A DNA stretch of 64,000 bases, taken from assembly GCA_965651205.1 (NCBI GenBank), contig CBFGRM010000001.1, positions 5,621 to 69,620 of the forward strand, read 5' to 3'. Below, in pieces: positions 29,769 through 37,815 of this stretch (positions are counted from its first letter, which is position 1; each line of letters begins with the position of its first letter). The DNA comes from an uncultured bacterium. Its GTDB lineage: Bacteria > Gemmatimonadota > Gemmatimonadetes > Gemmatimonadales > GWC2-71-9. Both the position numbers and the translations under genes were made by a program. The notes under the pieces are model-generated. The model worked only from the letters and a program-made list of their open reading frames with translations. It was not told where the DNA came from and did not search any database.

Positions 29769-30724
29769 TGACAACTGAATCACGGCACCAGATCGCGGCG
29801 GAAGGAGCGGATCCCCTGCTGCTCGCCGGGGTCAACGACGTCAATTTCGTCGAGTTGCAGCGTGCGCTCGGTGTCCGGGTGTCGCAGCGCGGCGATGTGC
29901 TCACCCTGAGCGGCACCGTCGAGCAGATCGAGCGCGCAGTGCCGGTGGTGCAGGGGATGATCGACCAGGCCAGAAGTGGCCAACCGGTCTATGCCGAGGA
30001 AGTGTTTCGTGCCGCGACCGAGGGGTTCTCGCCCAGCGATCTCGGTTCACCCCAGGACCTGGTCAAGGTGGTGCTGCCGGGGATGCGTCGGGCGATCCAG
30101 CCCAAGACCCCGGGGCAGCGCGAATATCTCAACCTGATCCACGAGAACGACGTCGTGGTGGGGATCGGTCCTGCCGGCACAGGCAAGACTTATCTCGCGG
30201 TCGCCAAGGCGGTGGAGGCGCTGGCTCGCAAGCGGGTGCGCCGGATCGTGCTCGCTCGCCCTGCGGTGGAGGCCGGCGAATCGCTGGGCTTCCTGCCCGG
30301 CGACTTGCAGCAGAAGGTCGACCCGTACCTGCGCCCGCTCTACGATGCGCTGGAGGATATGATGCCTCCTGAACGGGTGCAGCGCGCGCTCGAGACCAGG
30401 GTGATCGAGATCGCGCCGCTGGCCTATATGCGTGGTCGCACTCTCAATGACGCCTTCATCATTCTCGACGAAGCCCAGAACGCGACCGGTGCCCAGATGA
30501 AGATGTTCCTGACCCGCCTCGGCGTGAACAGCAAGGTGGTGGTCACTGGTGACAAGACCCAGATCGACCTGCCAAGCCGCGAGGATTCCGGGCTGGTGCA
30601 GATCGAGCGCATCCTGCCGGGAATCGAGGGAATCGGATTCCACTACCTCACCGACGCGGATGTGGTCCGGCACCGACTGGTCAAGGAGATCGTGCGCGCC
30701 TATGCCGAGGATCAGGCGGGGTGA
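29768..30724 (+). CDS. phoH: PhoH-family ATPase (YbeZ)
   Basis: GPAGTGKTYLA, RPAVEAGE.LGFLPG, PLAYMRGRTL, DEAQN, TGD..Q.DL. Confidence 0.96.
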   Translation: MTTESRHQIAAEGADPLLLAGVNDVNFVELQRALGVRVSQRGDVLTLSGTVEQIERAVPVVQGMIDQARSGQPVYAEEVFRAATEGFSPSDLGSPQDLVKVVLPGMRRAIQPKTPGQREYLNLIHENDVVVGIGPAGTGKTYLAVAKAVEALARKRVRRIVLARPAVEAGESLGFLPGDLQQKVDPYLRPLYDALEDMMPPERVQRALETRVIEIAPLAYMRGRTLNDAFIILDEAQNATGAQMKMFLTRLGVNSKVVVTGDKTQIDLPSREDSGLVQIERILPGIEGIGFHYLTDADVVRHRLVKEIVRAYAEDQAG

Positions 30725-31143
30725 TGATTGCCGGTGACGTGACCGTTCACGGCGAGGGTGCCCTCGAGCCGACCGAGGTGGAACGGGTGGTTACCGGCGT
30801 GCTGCAGGCCGAGCATCGGACTGCCTCGCTGTCGATCACCTTTCTTGACGCCGGTGCGATGCAGCAGCTCAACGCCGTCCACAAGGGTCACGACACGCCG
30901 ACCGACGTGCTGTCGTTTGCCTTGCCCCAGCCCGACGGGTCGCTGGCCGGCGACATCTACGTCTGCGCATCGGTTGCTGCAACCGAGGCAGCCGAGCGGG
31001 GTATCCCGGTACGACAGGAACTGATCCGGTTGGTGGTGCACGGCGTTCTGCACACGCTGGGATACGATCACCCGGAGGGCGATGCCCGGGCGGAGTCCGA
31101 GATGTGGCAGCTCCAGGAGCGATACGTGGAAGCACTGTCGTGA
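30721..31143 (+). CDS. ybeY: rRNA maturation endoribonuclease YbeY
   Basis: LN...G.D.PTDVLSF, GDIYV, HG.LHTLGYDH. Confidence 0.96.
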   Translation: MMIAGDVTVHGEGALEPTEVERVVTGVLQAEHRTASLSITFLDAGAMQQLNAVHKGHDTPTDVLSFALPQPDGSLAGDIYVCASVAATEAAERGIPVRQELIRLVVHGVLHTLGYDHPEGDARAESEMWQLQERYVEALS

Positions 31144-32330
31144 TCGCCTTCCTCCAGGGCTGGTTGCCTGAGATATCCGGACTGCTGATGATCTGGGCGG
31201 CGCTGATCGGCGTTGCGGGGGCTGGCGGCACCGCAATGCATCGGGCGATGGTGGGCCGCACGAACGGACCGACGCTGCCGCCGGAGCGCATCCTTCACGT
31301 GATGCACCTGGCCACCATCACGTTGGCGGCGGCACTGGCCGGTACTGCCACCGGATGGTGGGCGTTTACGCCTATGGTCGGCTTGATCCGGATCGGCCTG
31401 GTGGCCCTGCTGGTATGGTCAGTGGGAGACTTGGTGCCGCGGCTGCTGGCGGTACTGGCACCGGAACTGGTCCAGCACGCCCGGCGCATCGCGCTCGGCG
31501 CCGCGCCGGTTTACCGGCCACTGCTTTGGATCGCCGAGCGACTGGACTCCCCTGGCGAAGTGAGCGACGCGGACACCGCGGAGCGCATCGGCACCTCGCA
31601 CGAAATGATGCGGGGGGCGTTCTCGCTCAAGGATATGACCGTTTCCGAGGTGATGACTCCCCGGCTCGACGTGGTCACGGTGCACGTTGATGATGACGAA
31701 TCGAGCGTGGTTCACACGCTCCGGCACAGCGAGCACGCCCGGCTCCTGGTGGATCAGGGCACCGCCGACGACGTGGTGGGAGTCATCTACGCCAAGGACG
31801 TGCTGCCGCGACTCGCGGGCAACGGCGCCGCAACCGAACCTTGGCAGTCGTTGGTGCGGCCGGCTTCATTCGTTCCCGAGGCCAAGACGCTCGACCGGCA
31901 ATTGCGGGACTTCCAGCGCGGGCCCGCGCACATCGCCGTTGTCGTGGACGAGTATGGCGGTACCGCCGGAATCATCACGCTGGAGGATATCCTCGAGCAG
32001 ATTGTCGGCGAGATCCAGGACGAATACGATGTCGACGAGGTCGCACCGGTGACTCGCCATCCCGATGGCAGACTCACGGTGCAGGGCGGGGTTGCACTGG
32101 TGGATCTCGAGAAGGAACTCGACCACGAGTTCGAGCGCGACGACGTCGACACGGTGGGTGGCCTGGTGCTGGCCGAGCTGGGGCGGGTTCCCAGAATGGG
32201 CGAGTCGCTGACCCTGGATGGCTGGCAGTTCACCGTGGAGGTGGTGATCCGGCGCCGGGTCCGTCGCGTGACCGTCAGGCCGGTGGTCCCCACCCGGACT
32301 GCAGTCGCGGCCGAGGAGTCCGACTCGTGA
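31140..32330 (+). CDS. CNNM/CorC-family protein (TM + CBS pair + CorC_HlyC), copy 1
   Basis: GDLVPR, VSEVMTPR, HIAVVVDEYGGTAGIITLEDILEQIVGEIQDEYD, DTVGGLV. Confidence 0.9.
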   Translation: MIAFLQGWLPEISGLLMIWAALIGVAGAGGTAMHRAMVGRTNGPTLPPERILHVMHLATITLAAALAGTATGWWAFTPMVGLIRIGLVALLVWSVGDLVPRLLAVLAPELVQHARRIALGAAPVYRPLLWIAERLDSPGEVSDADTAERIGTSHEMMRGAFSLKDMTVSEVMTPRLDVVTVHVDDDESSVVHTLRHSEHARLLVDQGTADDVVGVIYAKDVLPRLAGNGAATEPWQSLVRPASFVPEAKTLDRQLRDFQRGPAHIAVVVDEYGGTAGIITLEDILEQIVGEIQDEYDVDEVAPVTRHPDGRLTVQGGVALVDLEKELDHEFERDDVDTVGGLVLAELGRVPRMGESLTLDGWQFTVEVVIRRRVRRVTVRPVVPTRTAVAAEESDS

Positions 32331-33520
32331 GCGCGCTGCTGCTGCTGCTGGGCCTGTTGCTTGCCGTGCTGGGTGCAGCGGGCGCTGCGGCACTGGTGAC
32401 GACCGCCCGTTCCGAACTCGCAGATGCCGTGTCGCGCCGGCTTCGTGGTGCCGATGTGTCGTTTGGCTGGCTTGCCGATCGCGAACTGCAGGTCGTGGCG
32501 TCGTCGGCGCTCGCCGCCCTGGGTGTGACCGTCGTGGGGGTGGTGATTCCCGGCATTTTCGAATCGCTCAGCCTGCCGGGACTCGTCGCGGTGTTGATGC
32601 TGGCTGTCGTGCCGGCCACGCTCACGGTGGGCTACCTGGTGCCTCACTGGTTGACGTTGCCGCGTGCCGAGCGTGTCGTGTCCGCCGTGGGCGGCCTGCT
32701 CCGTGCGATCACCGCGGTGCTGCGAGTGGTGCTGCCGGGAGTGCGTCACCCTGCCAGCGACGGTATCGTGGCCCTCACCAGGGAAGGCAATGCCTCCGGT
32801 GTCCACGTCTACGAAGAGTTCGCCGTCGTGGGGGGCGTGATGTCGTTTGCCGAACGACCGGTCCGCGAGGTGATGACCGCCCGCACCGACGTGGTCGCAG
32901 TGCCCGCCGATGTCGAACGTGCCGAACTGCTGGGGATCTTCGCCGAGAGCGGCTACACCCGCCTGCCGGTGTACCGCGAGGAGCTCGACGAGATTGTCGG
33001 GATGATCCACGCATTCGACCTCTTCAAGGTTGGTGCCGAGGATCGGATTCCCGTCAGGCCGGTGGTGCACGCGCCGGAGACGCGCAGCGCGGCAGACCTG
33101 TTGATCGATATGCAGCAGCAGCGCCGGCACCTGGCGGTGGTGATCGACGAGTTCGGCGGCACCGCGGGGATCGTCACGCTCGAGGACCTGCTCGAGGCGC
33201 TGGTGGGTGAGATTGCCGACGAGGACGACGCCGAAATGCCGCCCGCGCCCGCTGCGCACGAACTGCTCGCCATCGACGGTACCGAGGGCGTGGAAGACGT
33301 TGCCGAGCACTTCGGCGTGATCATACCGCGTGGCACCGCGGTCAGCTTTGCGGGACTGATCATCGAGCGCCTCGGCCGGATTCCCCGGGTTGGCGAGCGC
33401 TTCCGCCTGGGCGGCCTGGATGTTGACGTGGTCGCGGCCACGCCGGCCCGGGTCGAGCGCCTGGTGGTCCGGCGGCGCACACCTGCCGCGGTGCCGCTCG
33501 ACCGCGAGCGTGCCGGATGA
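32327..33520 (+). CDS. CNNM/CorC-family protein (TM + CBS pair + CorC_HlyC), copy 2
   Basis: VREVMTAR, GYTRLPVY, AVVIDEFGGTAGIVTLEDLLEALVGEIADE; GTG overlaps the stop of copy 1. Confidence 0.9.
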   Translation: MSALLLLLGLLLAVLGAAGAAALVTTARSELADAVSRRLRGADVSFGWLADRELQVVASSALAALGVTVVGVVIPGIFESLSLPGLVAVLMLAVVPATLTVGYLVPHWLTLPRAERVVSAVGGLLRAITAVLRVVLPGVRHPASDGIVALTREGNASGVHVYEEFAVVGGVMSFAERPVREVMTARTDVVAVPADVERAELLGIFAESGYTRLPVYREELDEIVGMIHAFDLFKVGAEDRIPVRPVVHAPETRSAADLLIDMQQQRRHLAVVIDEFGGTAGIVTLEDLLEALVGEIADEDDAEMPPAPAAHELLAIDGTEGVEDVAEHFGVIIPRGTAVSFAGLIIERLGRIPRVGERFRLGGLDVDVVAATPARVERLVVRRRTPAAVPLDRERAG

Positions 33521-34863
33521 ACGCGGCCGGCAGCCCGGAGGAACCGCTGGAGGAACTGGTCACGCTGGTGCGGGACGGCCACACCGATGCCTTCATCGAG
33601 CGTGCCTGGCAACTCGAGCCAGCCGACCTGGCCGACGTGCTCGCCTCACTCACCGATGACGAGCGGATCGAGTTGGTGCGCGCGATGCCGGCGGAGTTGT
33701 CATCGCAGGCGCTGGTCGAAATGCCCGACCACGCGCACGCGGAGGTCACCCTCGCTGCGCTCGATCCGGAACACGCGGCCGAGATCGTCACCGAGCTGGA
33801 GGACGACGATGCCGCCGACCTGCTGGGTGAACTGGAGCCCGAACAGCAGGAGCGCATTCTCGCCGGGGTGGAGGACCGCCACGACGTCGACCGCCTGCTG
33901 CGCTACGACGAGGAGAGCGCCGGCGGCCTGATGACCACCTACCTCGTCACGGTGACGGATGTCGATACCGTGGCGTTTGCCCTCGAGGCAATCCGGCGCC
34001 AGGTGGAGGATGTCGAGGACGTTTCGGAGATCTTCGTTGTCGATGCCCACCGGCGCCTGGTGGGTTTGCTGCCATTCAAGGAAGTGGTGCTGAGCTCGCC
34101 TTCGGCGCTGGTTCGCGACGTGATGCTGCCGGCAGATGTGCGGGTCGCGCCGGAGGAGGACCAGGAAGAGGTCGCCCGCCAGATGGCCCGCTACAATGTG
34201 CCCAGCATTCCGGTGGTCGATCCGGCGGGACGGTTGCTCGGCAGGATCACCTATGACGACGTGATCGACGTGGCCGAGGCCGAAGCCACCGAGGACCTGC
34301 TGCGTTTCGGTGGTGTTTCACCGGATGAAGGACTGGCCGCCACGTGGTCGGCAGCAGTGCGGTCGCGGCTTCCCTGGCTGTATGTCAACCTGCTCACCGG
34401 TTTCCTCTCCGCTGCCGTGGTCTATTTCTTCAAGGGCGCGATCGAACGGATGTCGGTGCTGGCAGTCTGGATGCCGATCGTCGCCGGAATGGGCGGCAAT
34501 GCGGGCACGCAGGCGCTCGCGGTGACGGTGCGCCGCTTGTCGCTGGGTCTGGTTCCCGCTGCCCAGATCCGTCAGCTCGTGCGCAAGGAACTCGTGGTCG
34601 GCCTGGTGAACGGTGTCGCCATCGGCACCGTGCTGGCCGTCGTGTCGGTGCTGCTGGGTGAATCGTGGCGACTGGGCGCAGTGGTCTTCCTGGCGATGTC
34701 GCTCAACCTGTTCGTGGCCGGATTCGGCGGATCCTTCGTGCCGGTGCTGCTGGAGCGACTGGGGGTCGATCCGGCCATCGCCTCGTCGGTGTTCGTGACC
34801 ACGTTGACCGATATGTGCGGCTTCGGACTGCTCTTGGGACTGGCTTCGGTGTTGCTGCTCTGA
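33517..34863 (+). CDS. mgtE: magnesium transporter MgtE
   Basis: PADLAD, ESAGGLMT, CBS pair, RLPWL, P....MGGNAGTQ, DPA.AS..FVTT.TD. Confidence 0.97.
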   Translation: MNAAGSPEEPLEELVTLVRDGHTDAFIERAWQLEPADLADVLASLTDDERIELVRAMPAELSSQALVEMPDHAHAEVTLAALDPEHAAEIVTELEDDDAADLLGELEPEQQERILAGVEDRHDVDRLLRYDEESAGGLMTTYLVTVTDVDTVAFALEAIRRQVEDVEDVSEIFVVDAHRRLVGLLPFKEVVLSSPSALVRDVMLPADVRVAPEEDQEEVARQMARYNVPSIPVVDPAGRLLGRITYDDVIDVAEAEATEDLLRFGGVSPDEGLAATWSAAVRSRLPWLYVNLLTGFLSAAVVYFFKGAIERMSVLAVWMPIVAGMGGNAGTQALAVTVRRLSLGLVPAAQIRQLVRKELVVGLVNGVAIGTVLAVVSVLLGESWRLGAVVFLAMSLNLFVAGFGGSFVPVLLERLGVDPAIASSVFVTTLTDMCGFGLLLGLASVLLL

Positions 34864-34974
34864 CGGGCGGCAGCGATTAGCTTTGATCAAGGCAGACTGG
34901 CGCGGTCAACCGGATTGCAACCGGAAACCGCGAGGCAACCGGGTATCCGGCAGAACATCAGCGAGGGATGTGAT

Positions 34975-36123
34975 ATGGCCACAGCCAAGCAGGCAGCCGC
35001 AGATCGTGATCTCCTCCGAATGAAGCCGGGCAAGCACCCGGTGGTGACCTGCTACCTCAAGATCGAGCCCCGAGACCGGGTCCGTCGCAAGTACCTGACC
35101 AAGGCCCGCAACCGCGTCAAGCAACTGCTGTACTCATTGCCCTCGCTGACGACGGACAAGGCGCATCAGGAGGCGATCAAGTCGGATTGCAAGCGGATCA
35201 TCGATTGGCTCTCCGACAGCGACAAGCTGCCCAGTTCGCACGGCGTGGCGATCTTCGCGTCCAAGGGCCAGAAGCTGTTCGAGGTACGACCGCTGCCACG
35301 CGTGCATCGTTCCCGCCTGGTCGTCGACCGGACCCCCCTGGTGCGAGAGCTGGCGGCCAGCGAGGAAGACTTCGGTCGTCTCCTCACGGTGGTGCTGGAT
35401 CGCGCCTCGGCGCTGATCTGGGAAGTCAATGCCTGGGAAGCCAAGGTGCTGCGCAAGGTCACCACCGAGGTCACCCGCGGAGGCCGGTTCCACTCTCCGT
35501 CACGATACGATCTCACTGGCGAGCACGCCTACCACAACCGGATCCAGAACGAGAAGAAGCGGCATCTGGAAGCGGTGGCGCGGGCGCTGTTCGAGCTGGG
35601 GCGCGAGACTCCCGGACACCAGATCGTGATCGCAGGTGCAGGCAACGACGCCGCGGCGCTGGAACCGTTCCTGCACACCTACGTCGCCGACCGCCTGATC
35701 GGGCTGGCACGGCTGGCTCCGAAGGACGCCACCGCCCGCAGCGTGCACGAGCTCACGATGGATGTTCGCGATGCACACATCCGGGCATCGGAGAATCGTC
35801 ACCTCGACGAACTGAGGGAAGGCCTCGGCAGCGGCTGGGCAGTCAATGGCGTCAAGGAGACGCTGCGGGCGCTGGGTCAGGGGCAGGTGCGCACGCTGCT
35901 GGTCGATGGTGCCGCATCGATGCCGGGGTTCAGGTCGATGGCCACTGGCCGACTCGCGATCGGGGCTGTCGACTTGCGCAGTGACGGCGAGGTGGTGCCG
36001 ACATTGGACGTGATCGACGATGCCATCGAAGAGGCACTCCGTCAGCGGGTGACGCTCGACGTGATCCACGAGGATGGCAATGACGAGATCGACGGTCTCG
36101 CTGCGCTGCTGCGCTTCAAGTGA
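34975..36123 (+). CDS. bacterial aeRF1-like (baeRF/VLRF1 superfamily) ribosome-associated factor
   Basis: N-terminal PVVTCYL, G.AIFA, RNase H-like core (LTVVLDR..A, IVIAG), C-terminal eRF1_3-like AVNG..ETL.AL..G.V..LLV and GLAALLRF; no GGQ. Confidence 0.8.
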   Translation: MATAKQAAADRDLLRMKPGKHPVVTCYLKIEPRDRVRRKYLTKARNRVKQLLYSLPSLTTDKAHQEAIKSDCKRIIDWLSDSDKLPSSHGVAIFASKGQKLFEVRPLPRVHRSRLVVDRTPLVRELAASEEDFGRLLTVVLDRASALIWEVNAWEAKVLRKVTTEVTRGGRFHSPSRYDLTGEHAYHNRIQNEKKRHLEAVARALFELGRETPGHQIVIAGAGNDAAALEPFLHTYVADRLIGLARLAPKDATARSVHELTMDVRDAHIRASENRHLDELREGLGSGWAVNGVKETLRALGQGQVRTLLVDGAASMPGFRSMATGRLAIGAVDLRSDGEVVPTLDVIDDAIEEALRQRVTLDVIHEDGNDEIDGLAALLRFK

Positions 36124-36159
36124 GCGACGGATCAGCCTGATGCCAGCGCCGGCGAACGG

Positions 36160-37815
36160 GTGGGTCGCAGCCCACGGGCGGCACCGACCGTCGTGACCGG
36201 GCCAACCAGGGAAGGCGGCCGGCTGCGTCGGCTCACCGGTGAGTATCTGGAACTCGCTGCCGGTCTTCGCGAAGGTGGTGGCGCCGATCGCGTCAAGCGG
36301 ATGCACGACAAGGGCCAGTTGTCGCCTCGTGAGCGTGTGACCGGCCTCCTGGACCCCGACAGCCAGTGGTTCGAGATCGGCCTCCTGGTGGCTCACGATC
36401 GCTACGATGGCGACGCACCCGCGGCAGGAGTGATCACCGGAATCGGGATGGTCGCCGGCAGGCACGTCGTGGTGGTGGCCAATGACGCGACAGTCAAGGC
36501 CGGTGCCTGGTGGCCTGAGACCATCACCAAGATCCTCCGCGCCCAGGAGATCGCGATGCGGCAGCGCATCCCGATCGTCTACCTGGTCGATTCCGCCGGC
36601 GTCAACCTGCCGTATCAGGGAGGCGTGTTCCCCGGCCAGTACGGCGCCGCGCGGATCTTCTACTACAACTCGCTGATGCGCCGCTACCTGCACGTGCCGC
36701 AGGTGAGTGCGGTGATGGGAAGCTGCATCGCCGGTGGTGCCTATCTGCCGGCACTTTCCGACGTGATCTATATGGTCGATGGCACCTCGTTCCTGGGCCT
36801 GGGCGGACCCAACCTGGTCAAGGGTGCCACCGGCCAGGTGGTCGACGCCGAGACGCTGGGAGGGGCCACCACGCACACCGAGATCAGTGCAGTGGCTCAC
36901 TACAAGGTTGCCGATGACCGCGAATGCCTCGTCCGGATCCGCGAGTACATCGACCGCCTGCCGCGACCTCCCGTTGCCCGACCGAGCGGCGAAACCACCG
37001 CTGCGGCCAGCGATGCCGACCGGCTTTACGATCTGCTCCCCGAGGATCACCGGATGTCGTACGACACCCGGCAGGTACTCGACGCAATTCTGGATGGCGG
37101 CCGGTTCGACGAGTTCCAGCCGGCGATCGCCGGCGAGCTGCTCTGCGGGCACGGACGGATCGCTGGGCACGCGGTGGCAGTGATCGCCAACCAGCGTGGC
37201 CTGATAAAGGGCAGGCCCGGCACCCGACCACGGTTCGGCGGAATTGTGTATCCGGAAAGCGCCGAGAAGGCAGCGTACTTCATCGAGAATGCCGACCGGG
37301 AAGGGATCCCGATCCTGTTCATCCAGGACGTATCCGGGTTTATGGTGGGCACCGAGGCAGAGCACGACGGCATCATCCGGGCCGGGGCGCGCTTCGTTGA
37401 GGCGATGGCCACGGCACTTGTTCCCAAGCTGGTGCTGACCGTCAATCACGCCTCTGGTGCCGGCTACTACGCGATGGCGGGGCAGGGATTCGATCCAGAC
37501 TTCATCGTGAGCTGGCCCACCGGCCGGATGGCTGTGATGGAAGGTGAGAGCGCCATCGTTGCGGTGCACGGAGCTGCCATTGCCAAGGCCGCCGCGGAGG
37601 GCCGTCCGCTTGATCCGGACGCTGAAGCGGCAATCGAATCGATGCGCGCCGACTACGAGCATCAACTGAGTGCGACATACGCGGCGGCACGCGGATTCGT
37701 CGACGCGATCGTGGTGCCGGAGGAAACGCGCCAGTTGCTCGCGTTCCTGCTCGATGTCACCTCCTGGCACGACGGCCCCCACCTCGGACCGTTCGTCCTC
37801 GACCGGTTCCGATGA
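36160..37815 (+). CDS. acyl-CoA carboxylase carboxyltransferase (beta) subunit
   Basis: G.LSPRER...LLD, ANDATVKAG, VDSAGVNLP.Q, CIAGGAY, QDVSGFMVG..AE..GII. Confidence 0.93.
   Translation: MGRSPRAAPTVVTGPTREGGRLRRLTGEYLELAAGLREGGGADRVKRMHDKGQLSPRERVTGLLDPDSQWFEIGLLVAHDRYDGDAPAAGVITGIGMVAGRHVVVVANDATVKAGAWWPETITKILRAQEIAMRQRIPIVYLVDSAGVNLPYQGGVFPGQYGAARIFYYNSLMRRYLHVPQVSAVMGSCIAGGAYLPALSDVIYMVDGTSFLGLGGPNLVKGATGQVVDAETLGGATTHTEISAVAHYKVADDRECLVRIREYIDRLPRPPVARPSGETTAAASDADRLYDLLPEDHRMSYDTRQVLDAILDGGRFDEFQPAIAGELLCGHGRIAGHAVAVIANQRGLIKGRPGTRPRFGGIVYPESAEKAAYFIENADREGIPILFIQDVSGFMVGTEAEHDGIIRAGARFVEAMATALVPKLVLTVNHASGAGYYAMAGQGFDPDFIVSWPTGRMAVMEGESAIVAVHGAAIAKAAAEGRPLDPDAEAAIESMRADYEHQLSATYAAARGFVDAIVVPEETRQLLAFLLDVTSWHDGPHLGPFVLDRFR

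Noticed and set aside
34884-34891. TTGATCAA as an FNR/CRP-type box
   Set aside because: Lacks the 4-bp spacer of TTGAT-N4-ATCAA
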